DNA of 59,103 nucleotides, counting the filler. It is 7 parts of 7 records of this genome, joined end to end, with 100 filler letters (N's around TTAATTAATTAA, not from the genome) between each part and the next. Parts side by side here need not be neighbours in the genome. Positions count along the whole stretch, not along the records: positions 43,310 to 59,103 come from SRR31147125_47775; 6 more parts are not named here. One strand, written 5' to 3'. Of the stretch, positions 51,060-59,103 are shown piece by piece. The notes beneath the pieces were generated by a model. That model was not told where the DNA came from, made no database searches, and worked only from the letters and a program-made list of their open reading frames with translations. Numbering within the stretch: position 1 is the first letter of the stretch; each line of letters begins with the position of its first letter. A program made the translations under genes and the position numbers.

Positions 51060-52109
51060 ATGCTAAAAAATAGAAGCGAAAATATTATTTACCTGATTAT
51101 CTGGCTAATTGTGCTGTTTCTGCCAATTTTCACCTTGCAGGGAGCCCGTAATTTTAGTCAGACAAGAGTTTATATGGAATGGATTCGAATGCTTCCATTT
51201 CTCCTCATCTTTATCATTAACAACAGTATTCTTGTACCCAAATTATTACTGAACAAAAAAACTGTTTTTTACGGAATAAGTGTGCTTGTTCTGGTTGTTG
51301 GTGTTACACTGGCAAGTCAGTATTTAAGGTATATTCAGAATTTGGTTTTGGAATGGCAACAACTTAGTCCCCGGCAGTACCCCTTTCGCTCTCAGGGCAA
51401 AACCTTCGAATACAGAATGGCCATAAATATTCTTATTTCTTTTTTGGTAGTTGGCTTTAACAATGCCATAAAACTGCTGCTAAATAGAGAAAAAGAAGAA
51501 AAACTGCGTCAGGAAAAAGACAAGGCTCATTTACAAACCGAGCTTTCGTTTTTACGAAATCAGATTAGCCCGCACTTTTTTATGAATACCTTGAATAATA
51601 TCCATGCCTTGATAAAGTTTGATGCCGACCAGGCTCAAAAGTCTGTCATTCAATTATCAACACTCATGCGGCATTTACTAAACGAATCGAAAAACGGCCT
51701 GGCCACCATTCAATCCGAATTCGATTTTATAAAATCCTACGTCGATCTTATGCGGATTCGCCTTTCTAAGAAAGTAGAAATTACGATAGAACTTGATGTT
51801 GCTGACAGTGATAGAATTATTCCTTCGATGCTCTTTATTTCGCTGGTTGAAAATGCCTTTAAGTATGGAATTGATTACACCAAACCATCGTTTGTTTTTA
51901 TTAAAGCCGAGGTTAAAAACAATGAATTGTATTTCAATGTAAAAAACAGTAAAGTACTTGTAAATAATGCCCAAACCAAAACCGGGGTAGGACTTATAAA
52001 TCTTGAAAAACAATTGGTTTTGCTCTACGGCACAAAGTACAGTTTAGATATTTCCGACGAAGAATCAGAATACAATGTAAACCTTAAAATTCCATTGAAT
52101 AATGATTAG
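51060..52109 (+). CDS. LytS/YehU-type sensor histidine kinase
   Basis: Four TM helices; LRNQISPHFFMNTLNNI; LVENAFKYG; GVGLIN. Confidence 0.94.
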   Translation: MLKNRSENIIYLIIWLIVLFLPIFTLQGARNFSQTRVYMEWIRMLPFLLIFIINNSILVPKLLLNKKTVFYGISVLVLVVGVTLASQYLRYIQNLVLEWQQLSPRQYPFRSQGKTFEYRMAINILISFLVVGFNNAIKLLLNREKEEKLRQEKDKAHLQTELSFLRNQISPHFFMNTLNNIHALIKFDADQAQKSVIQLSTLMRHLLNESKNGLATIQSEFDFIKSYVDLMRIRLSKKVEITIELDVADSDRIIPSMLFISLVENAFKYGIDYTKPSFVFIKAEVKNNELYFNVKNSKVLVNNAQTKTGVGLINLEKQLVLLYGTKYSLDISDEESEYNVNLKIPLNND

Positions 52110-52812
52110 ATGCATAGCAATTGATGACGAACCTTTGGCACTGCGCCAGGTAAGCGAATACATTAAAGAAACTCCGTTTTTAAATCTGATTGGCGCTTTC
52201 GAAAGTGCAATTGAAGCACTTAATTTTTTAAACGAAAACGAGGTTGATTTGATGTTTGTAGATATTCAAATGCCCAATATAAGCGGGCTTGATTTAATAA
52301 AATCGTTAAAACACAAACCGGAAATAATTTTTATTACAGCCTACAGCGAATATGCCATCGAGGGGTTTCAATTGGATGCTATCGATTACCTTTTAAAACC
52401 ACTGGATTATTCTTCGTTTTTAAAAGCTGCAAACAAAGCTTTAGCACATTTTAAACACAATAGCAGCGAAGAAAAACTCAACTCAACACCCGACCATATT
52501 TTTATAAAATCGGAATATAAAATCATTCGAATTGAACTGGATAAAATACGTTATATAGAAGGAGACAGAGGATACCTGCGCTTCTTTCTTGAAAATGCAA
52601 AACCGGTAATGACCTTGTTGAGCATGAAAAAAATTGAAGAGAAACTTCCTTCCGAAAAATTTATTCGTGTGCACCGTTCGTATATCGTAAATCTGGATAA
52701 AATAACAATGATTGAACGGTCGCGAATTATTTTCGATGAGGTTCGGATACCTGTTAGCGACCAATACAAAGAAAAACTTCAGGATTATATCGACGACAAT
52801 TTTGTGATTTAA
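52102..52812 (+). CDS. LytTR family response regulator
   Basis: IDDEPLA, DIQMP, AIDYLLKP, FIRVHRSYIVN. Confidence 0.96.
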   Translation: MIRCIAIDDEPLALRQVSEYIKETPFLNLIGAFESAIEALNFLNENEVDLMFVDIQMPNISGLDLIKSLKHKPEIIFITAYSEYAIEGFQLDAIDYLLKPLDYSSFLKAANKALAHFKHNSSEEKLNSTPDHIFIKSEYKIIRIELDKIRYIEGDRGYLRFFLENAKPVMTLLSMKKIEEKLPSEKFIRVHRSYIVNLDKITMIERSRIIFDEVRIPVSDQYKEKLQDYIDDNFVI

Positions 52813-52825
52813 TTTCAAATCAATT

Positions 52826-54925
52826 ATGAAACTATTATTTACAACACTTTTAGGAATTTGTTTTACCATAAACAGTCTTGCCCAATCAACAGAGAAGGTG
52901 GTTTTAGAGCCAGTGGGCCGATATATTTATCAGGCCTACAACGATAGGACTGCCGGTGTCGACCATTTGTTAGATGCAAAAGGTTTAAGCGATGGCAGAA
53001 TTATAGTAATAGGAAGACCCGCTCTGACCATTATGAATGTGTCTGAAATGAGTATTTCAGGAAGTAAAGATTATAATATACGAACTACGAAGGGAGGTGG
53101 ACGAGATGGCGTAGTTTATAACGATGAGTATATTTATGTAAATAACCATCAGTCGGAAAGCTCAATAACATCGTATGGATTTGGTATTTCGCAAATAACA
53201 GACACCGGAATTGAACAGCTAAGCACAGTTAAGGAAACAGATGTGTTTTATGAAAAAATGAAAATTTACGACGATTACTTATATGTGGCCGCGCACGACA
53301 AAGGATTTCGTATTTATTCATTGTCCAATCCCGAAAGCCCATCTTTAGTGAGTTCTTTAAGCGAAGGTTTTACCGATGTTTTCGATATGGCCAAAAGTGG
53401 CGATACTTTGTATGTTGCCGATGGCGCAGGCGGTTTAAAGATTGTAGATATTTCAGATTTTAATGCACCTAAAATTATTGCCGGAGAAAATACAACTACG
53501 GCCTTAGCAACTTCGCAAGCTATTGAAACGCGTAACGAAAACGTATATGTTGCGGCAAGTGGTGCCGGGGTGTTGGTTTATGAAAAGGGCGATTTAAGTA
53601 GCCGTACACAATATGAAATTGGAGGATGCGCCGAGCAACTTTGCTGGGTTGGCGATTATTTAGCTGTTTCTAACTTTGCAGGTGTTCAAGTATTCCAAAT
53701 TGGCGAAGGAACCGAAATAGAGAAAGTGGGTTCAGAAAACACCTCTCGGTTTGGGAGCAAAGCCAATGTAAGAACTTCGTTTGGTATTGGAGCAGCAGGA
53801 GACAGCCTCCTTCTTGTTTCCTCGTGGACCACTACCGATTGTTTTAAGCTGGTACCACAAGCAGAAGCCACTGTTACCGACATCAACTGCAGTGCACAGC
53901 GTATTCGCTTTCCATACAACGGAGGAACATCAGAAGAATATATTACGAATGCCGGAGGTGCACCTTTAGTTCTATCCGATATTTCGTTAAGCTCCGATGA
54001 TTTCTCTACCGACCTGACAACTCAAACAATAGAAGTCGGCGATACAATAAGATTTACAATCACCTACACACAGGGCGGTGAATCCGATGGTGCTGAAAAT
54101 CTAATTATAACGTCAAATGATCCCGATGAGGAACTGTTGCCCATTCAATTATTGGGCAATACCACAACGCTCGATCCGGGCGAAGAAGTGCCTGATTTTA
54201 CTTTGGAATCGTTTTACACCAATCGGGAATCGGGAGCGTACGAAGAAGGTAGCTTTACACTTTCTGAAAACCGGGGAAAAGTGATGTGGTTTACAGTATT
54301 TGGAACCTGGTGCCCGGCTTGTCCTTCAGCTGAGGCTGATATGCAAAACACAATTGTTAAAGAATTTCAGGATAATCCGGATGTTGAAACCTATGTTATC
54401 AACGAGGTATATAGCGAAAGAGACGATAAAGAATGGGTAAAATTCTGGACTTCGCGCTGGTACCAACGTGGGCCTATGCTTTACGATGAAACAGGTGAAG
54501 TTGGTAGTGAAATATTTAAGCAGCTCGATGTTATGAACATGCCATTTGGCAGAGGAATGATTATCGATCAGGAAGGGAAGGTGGCAAAAGCATTTTTTGG
54601 ATACAATCCGCAAATGGCCATTGAAACCATTTATTCGCTCTTGGAGGATGAGACATTAACTTCCATCGATTACCAACAAAATACCGGAGAATCAGTAAAT
54701 GTTTATCCCAATCCTATAGATGAGAACTGTACCATTTCGTTTGATACAAATTATTCAGAAATAAAAATTGAACTATACAATTTGGCCGGTCAAAAATTAC
54801 TATCGAAATATGTTGTGAACAGTCAAAATGTAAATATAAACCTCAGTAATATAAACGAGGGTACTTATTTATTTCACATCTATTTCGACGATAATACCAA
54901 GGTGAAAAAAGTAATTAAATTTTAA
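52826..54925 (+). CDS. T9SS-secreted protein: LVIVD repeats, Ig-like domain, thioredoxin-like (AhpC/TSA) domain
   Basis: LYVAAHDKGF and LYVADGAGGLKIVDIS repeats; ITSNDPD; PDFTL...FGTWCPAC; VYPNP...KKVIK C-terminal sorting domain. Confidence 0.85.
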   Translation: MKLLFTTLLGICFTINSLAQSTEKVVLEPVGRYIYQAYNDRTAGVDHLLDAKGLSDGRIIVIGRPALTIMNVSEMSISGSKDYNIRTTKGGGRDGVVYNDEYIYVNNHQSESSITSYGFGISQITDTGIEQLSTVKETDVFYEKMKIYDDYLYVAAHDKGFRIYSLSNPESPSLVSSLSEGFTDVFDMAKSGDTLYVADGAGGLKIVDISDFNAPKIIAGENTTTALATSQAIETRNENVYVAASGAGVLVYEKGDLSSRTQYEIGGCAEQLCWVGDYLAVSNFAGVQVFQIGEGTEIEKVGSENTSRFGSKANVRTSFGIGAAGDSLLLVSSWTTTDCFKLVPQAEATVTDINCSAQRIRFPYNGGTSEEYITNAGGAPLVLSDISLSSDDFSTDLTTQTIEVGDTIRFTITYTQGGESDGAENLIITSNDPDEELLPIQLLGNTTTLDPGEEVPDFTLESFYTNRESGAYEEGSFTLSENRGKVMWFTVFGTWCPACPSAEADMQNTIVKEFQDNPDVETYVINEVYSERDDKEWVKFWTSRWYQRGPMLYDETGEVGSEIFKQLDVMNMPFGRGMIIDQEGKVAKAFFGYNPQMAIETIYSLLEDETLTSIDYQQNTGESVNVYPNPIDENCTISFDTNYSEIKIELYNLAGQKLLSKYVVNSQNVNINLSNINEGTYLFHIYFDDNTKVKKVIKF

Positions 54926-54931
54926 AAACGA

Positions 54932-57628
54932 ATGAAGAATCTACGATTTATAATACTCCTCCTCTTAACTCTTTTAGTGCTATCAGTATCAACGGTGCTG
55001 AAAGCAGAAGAGAAACCAAACATCCTATTAATAATTGCCGACGACATGGGCGTTGATGCCCTGAATGGATATGATATAGGAACGGTTTTACCCAATACAC
55101 CAAACATCGATAAACTGCGCGAGTCGGGCGTAACGTTTACAAATGTTTGGGCATGTCCGGCATGTGCTCCCACCAGGGCATCGATGCTTTTAGGAGAATA
55201 CGGCGCAACAAGCGGAATTAATACCGTGCCGGGAATTGTAAAATCCGAAAAGAAATCGATTTTTAAAGAAGTGGCCGAACTTACCGACAGTGCGTACCAG
55301 GTATGTGTAGTAGGGAAGTGGCACAATGGAGTTGCGTCGAATATCGATCATCCATACTCGCACGGAGCCGATGATTTTATGGGAGTAATTGGAGCCGGTG
55401 TTGACGATTACTACAACTGGACAAAAGTGGAAAACCACGAAACAACCACTTGTACCGAATACGCAACAACATACTTTACCGATTATGCTGCCGATTGGAT
55501 TAATCAACAAACAGAGCCTTGGTTTATGTGGCTGGCCGAAGTGGCACCACACACACCTTATCATGTTCCTCCGGCAGAGTTGTATACTTCTGAAAATGTA
55601 GATTCGAATCAACAGAAATATATAACCATGATTGAAGCCATGGATTACGAAATTGGTCGGTTGCTCGACTCCATTCCTGAAGATGTGCTCGACAATACTG
55701 TGATCCTGTTTATTGGAGACAACGGTACCGCCGGTAATGTAATACAAGGCTTTTCGAGCGACAAAGGGAAAAATACAGTGTACCAGGGAGGTGTTTCTGT
55801 ACCTCTTATTGTTTCGGGGAAAGGAGTTACACGAGTAAACGAAGAGGAAGATGCCATGATTAATGTGAGCGATTTTTATGCCACCATTGCACAAATTGTT
55901 GACACCGATGCCTATCCTTCGAATCAGGTATACGACAGTTACAGCTTTAAGCACTTTTTTAGCGGCACCGATGGACAGGAACGCGATTATAACTACATGG
56001 AACTGGGCACCGGCGAAAAAGTTACAAGCGATGTTTATACCATTCGGAACGCGCAATACAAAATTATTTACGATGCCGACGGGAATAAGGAAATGTACGA
56101 CTTACTTACCGACCCGTTTGAAGAAAGCAATTTATTAGATAACGATTTGAGTGATGAACTGCTGGCAATACAACAGGATTTGGAAGAAGAAATGTATGCC
56201 ATTAACGGCATTTCGTTCGAAGATGAAACTCCCGGCGATACTACAACTATTCCTTCAAATAAATATAATATTGTTGACACGGATGTAAACGACTTTTACG
56301 ATGATTCTTCGATTATTTCGGAACCGGAAAGTGGAGAAAGCTTTTACGGACAAGATGCACATTACAATGGAAATCAACCATCGTACACGGATAATGGCGA
56401 CGGGACTGTAACGGATAATGTTACCGGGCTAATGTGGCAACAAGACATGGGCGAAAAAATAAGCTTTGTTAATGCTTTTACAAAAGCCGATTCGTTAACA
56501 TTGGGTGACTACTCCGACTGGCGCGTGCCAACCATAAAGGAGCTGTATTCTTTAATTCTGTTCTCCGGGCAGGTGAAAGGAGAAACCGCCATTACCATGT
56601 TTATCGACACCGATTATTTTAACCAGCCAATTGGCGATACTTCCCTCGACGAGCGCGAAATAGATGCCCAAACCTGGTCTTCTACAGAATATGTTGGAAC
56701 AACAATGAATGGTAACGAAACTGTTTTCGGGGTAAACTTTGTTGATGGCCGTATTAAAGGTTACTCGAAAGTTAAAAAAGCAACCGGAAATGCCAACACC
56801 ATGTATTTTAGAATGGTACGCGGCAACGAAGATTATGGAATTAACCTTTTTGAAGATAACGAAGATGGCACCATTAGCGACCAGGCAACCGGTTTAATGT
56901 GGCAACAAGCCGACGATGGCACTGCCCGCGACTGGGAAGAAGCACTGGCTTATGCCGAAGCATTGGATCTGGCCGGGCACAGCGACTGGCGCCTGCCCAA
57001 TGCCAAGGAATTGCAAAGTATAGTAGATTACACACGCTCGCCACAAACCACCAGTTCTGCGGCAATCGACCCGCTTTTTGAAACCACTGAAATTGACGAT
57101 CCTGAAGGGAACTCTGGCCAGTATCCTTACTTTTGGACAGGTACATCACATCTCGATGGTGCAAATCCCTATTCAACTGCAGCTTATATTGCCTTTGGCG
57201 AAGGGCAGGGAAAAATGAATGATGTGCTTATGGATGTTCACGGTGCCGGTTGCCAGCGCAGCGACCCAAAAAGTGGTGACATAGAAGACTATCCACAATA
57301 TTTGGGCCCGCAAGGCGATGTGCGTTATGTGTATAATTATGTACGTTGTGTGCGCGATATTTCTCTCACAACTTCCGCCAATGATATTTCATCCGGAGAG
57401 TTAAACATTTTCCCCAATCCGGCTACCGATTTTATTAACATCGCCAACGATCGGGTAATTGAAAGTATTTCAATGTATACAATTCAAGGCGTGAAGATTA
57501 TGGAGCAATATCCAGACACAAAAAGTATGCAACTAAATACTTCTAATCTTACCGATGGGATATATTTTATTTCGCTTACCAACGATTTAGGAGAACGAGT
57601 TTCGCAAAAAGTTGTGGTGAGAAAATAG
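54932..57628 (+). CDS. T9SS-secreted Cys-type sulfatase fused to two DUF1566 domains
   Basis: PNILLIIADDMG, CAPTR (CxPxR), VGKWH, GDNG; two TDNGDGT/LMWQ/DWRxP repeats; IFPNP...QKVVVRK sorting domain. Confidence 0.92.
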   Translation: MKNLRFIILLLLTLLVLSVSTVLKAEEKPNILLIIADDMGVDALNGYDIGTVLPNTPNIDKLRESGVTFTNVWACPACAPTRASMLLGEYGATSGINTVPGIVKSEKKSIFKEVAELTDSAYQVCVVGKWHNGVASNIDHPYSHGADDFMGVIGAGVDDYYNWTKVENHETTTCTEYATTYFTDYAADWINQQTEPWFMWLAEVAPHTPYHVPPAELYTSENVDSNQQKYITMIEAMDYEIGRLLDSIPEDVLDNTVILFIGDNGTAGNVIQGFSSDKGKNTVYQGGVSVPLIVSGKGVTRVNEEEDAMINVSDFYATIAQIVDTDAYPSNQVYDSYSFKHFFSGTDGQERDYNYMELGTGEKVTSDVYTIRNAQYKIIYDADGNKEMYDLLTDPFEESNLLDNDLSDELLAIQQDLEEEMYAINGISFEDETPGDTTTIPSNKYNIVDTDVNDFYDDSSIISEPESGESFYGQDAHYNGNQPSYTDNGDGTVTDNVTGLMWQQDMGEKISFVNAFTKADSLTLGDYSDWRVPTIKELYSLILFSGQVKGETAITMFIDTDYFNQPIGDTSLDEREIDAQTWSSTEYVGTTMNGNETVFGVNFVDGRIKGYSKVKKATGNANTMYFRMVRGNEDYGINLFEDNEDGTISDQATGLMWQQADDGTARDWEEALAYAEALDLAGHSDWRLPNAKELQSIVDYTRSPQTTSSAAIDPLFETTEIDDPEGNSGQYPYFWTGTSHLDGANPYSTAAYIAFGEGQGKMNDVLMDVHGAGCQRSDPKSGDIEDYPQYLGPQGDVRYVYNYVRCVRDISLTTSANDISSGELNIFPNPATDFINIANDRVIESISMYTIQGVKIMEQYPDTKSMQLNTSNLTDGIYFISLTNDLGERVSQKVVVRK

Positions 57629-57944
57629 TTGCATTGTTTAGGGCCTTCGACTTTCTTATGTCGAAAAAATCTTGTTGGACTCTCGGCACTGTCGTTTGTT
57701 ATGACCAAGATTTCTGGAGTAATTATTATGTCCATGAACGCAGAAACGAGTAATGATTATTATCGGTGTATTTTTCAGCTTGCCTAAACTCAAAATATAA
57801 TTGGAACAACAGAGAAGATGAAACAAGTTCAGGCTAATTTTAAACACAGTTTTTTTGGCTTTAGTTGGTTGAAAAGTATGCCGTTACAAGAAATGTTTAG
57901 GGCAAATCTATCTTCTTCATAAATATTTATCCGAAAAAAAATCC

Positions 57945-58013
57945 TTATTCGTCGTTAAAATTTCTCTATTCGTAGATTCCGTTTCATGGTAGCATTCGAA
58001 AGCTTTTTCTTTG
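57945..58013 (+). promoter_or_regulatory. LytTR-type direct repeat pair and candidate -7 TTTG upstream of the ferredoxin
   Basis: ttattcgtcgtt (57945) / ctattcgtagat (57966); TTTG at 58010, 44 nt after the start of box 2, exactly as at 46416/46460. Confidence 0.68.
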
Positions 58014-58241
58014 AATCGTCAATTTAAGAGTACCATGCAATTCTATTTTATCTTATCAACTTTGGTTTTGTCCGTTTCTTGTCTTGTAGCCAAGATGATT
58101 ACGGTTCAACAATTATGTAATGAACCGTTAATCTTAACAACAAGATTAGGAATACAGGAGGTAAAATATTTTAGGACGATAAACACATTTAGTATGTGTA
58201 CAACTATGAAAATGCGATAATATATAAAAAAACAAAACGAT

Positions 58242-58457
58242 ATGTCGATAAAAAGTATAAACGGATGTATAGGATGCGGAACATGTGTAGCCAGCTGTCC
58301 TACTGATGTTATTCGGTTAAACCCGGATACGAAAAAAGCTGAAATTAAATACCCGGCCGATTGCCAGATTTGTCATTTATGCCGAATGTATTGCCCTGTG
58401 GATGCCATTACTATTTCACCTGAAAAATCAATTCCGGTAATTGTTTCGTGGGGATAA
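58242..58457 (+). CDS. 2x[4Fe-4S] dicluster ferredoxin (AprB/AsfB-like)
   Basis: CIGCGTCVASCP and CQICHLCRMYCP. Confidence 0.93.
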   Translation: MSIKSINGCIGCGTCVASCPTDVIRLNPDTKKAEIKYPADCQICHLCRMYCPVDAITISPEKSIPVIVSWG

Positions 58458-58503
58458 AGACGAAACACTTATAGTTTGACCACATTATAAAAATTAACAA
58501 ATC

Positions 58504-59103
58504 ATGCAGAATAAAATAAAAACATACAACAGAATTGCAGCAATTATACTATTTATCGGATTACCGGTACTGTTCTGGGCTTTGGGCGATGTTCCCAAAC
58601 GAACATATTTAAAAGAAGCAATTTCTCTTATAACACTGATTTCATTTTCGTTAATGCTGATGCAATTTTACCTGGCACGCAGTAACCGAAAAGTATTAAA
58701 AGAACACAAAATGAGCCGCATAGTAAACTGGCACAGATACCTTGGTTATGTTTTTGTAACTGTACTTTTGTTTCATCCATTTCTTATTGTTGTTCCACGT
58801 TACTACGAATCTGGAGTAGAGCCACTGGATGCATTTATTGAAATGCTAACAACCTTCGAAAGCCCGGGAATAATTTTAGGCATTTCGGCTTGGGGATTAA
58901 TGCTGATTATTGGTTTAACCGCTTTATTCCGTAAAGTTATTCCCTTGTCATACAAAACATGGAGGGTAATACACGGAATACTTTCGATTATTTTTATTGT
59001 AGCCGCCACCTGGCATGTTATAAAACTCGGGCGGCATGTAGATACAGCAATGATGACATATATGCTAATTGCAGCTGGCGGCGGAGTTTTACTTCTTCTA
59101 AAA
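58504..59103 (+). CDS. Ferric-reductase-like transmembrane (heme b) protein, runs off the window end
   Basis: Missing from the ORF track; my translation MQNKIKTYN... has about 6 TM helices with His in NWHRYLG, LFHP, WRVIHG and TWHV. Confidence 0.85.
   Translation, partial: MQNKIKTYNRIAAIILFIGLPVLFWALGDVPKRTYLKEAISLITLISFSLMLMQFYLARSNRKVLKEHKMSRIVNWHRYLGYVFVTVLLFHPFLIVVPRYYESGVEPLDAFIEMLTTFESPGIILGISAWGLMLIIGLTALFRKVIPLSYKTWRVIHGILSIIFIVAATWHVIKLGRHVDTAMMTYMLIAAGGGVLLLLK

Noticed and set aside
54307-55170. CPAC tetrapeptide in both the thioredoxin domain and the sulfatase active-site loop
   Set aside because: Different folds and no DNA similarity beyond the motif; probably coincidence.
49839-57628. 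Diversity-generating retroelement, since DUF1566/CLec domains are common DGR targets and two similar C-termini are present
   Set aside because: No reverse transcriptase or template repeat is visible, and differences between the copies are not adenine-specific. The 47032 relic matches the N-terminus, not a variable region.
503-59009. Many 60-290 aa ORFs overlapping the called genes (e.g. 55190-56056, 31826-32275, 21163-21615, 5899-6084, 58803-59009)
   Set aside because: Antisense or alternate-frame shadows of well-supported genes or RNA, with no recognisable motifs.

Overview
The window is not one locus. It is seven unrelated contigs joined by artificial 100-nt spacers (N-run + TTAATTAATTAA + N-run); taxonomic labels below are impressions from gene content and sequence style. 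(1) 1-5782: secreted peptidases (oligopeptidase B, M28), an XRE regulator with tandem operators, and a REP-like palindromic repeat at both contig ends. (2) 5883-11506: low-GC Bacillota/Mollicutes-like DNA with a probable 6S RNA, a cold-shock protein, DfsB/ClbS, CPBP, GNAT and Nudix genes. (3) 11607-22259: Desulfuromonadales-like DNA with a candidate defence ABC-type ATPase, a HIT protein, a presenilin-like membrane protein, a GGDEF protein and livHMGF. (4) 22360-30618: four tandem MacB/FtsX-type ABC permeases. (5) 30719-37170: TRAP transporter, lutABC, nitrilase and a secreted amidase. (6) 37271-43209: Bacteroidota SusC/SusD/GH2 locus. (7) 43310-59103: Bacteroidota ECF-FecR-SusC, then a long cluster of exported proteins (Spy-like, CotH kinase, RNase Z-like MBL, DUF1566, T9SS LVIVD-thioredoxin, T9SS sulfatase-DUF1566 fusion) with a LytS/LytTR pair, a ferredoxin and a ferric-reductase-like protein. 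The contig-7 cluster is the strongest candidate for an undescribed system: 21-bp-spaced direct repeats recur in four of its intergenic regions, suggesting one LytTR regulon. The nitrilase/amidase-lutABC-TRAP cluster is the second candidate. Seven -1 frameshifts at homopolymer or low-complexity runs look like sequencing errors. No rRNA, tRNA, CRISPR array or intact transposase was seen.
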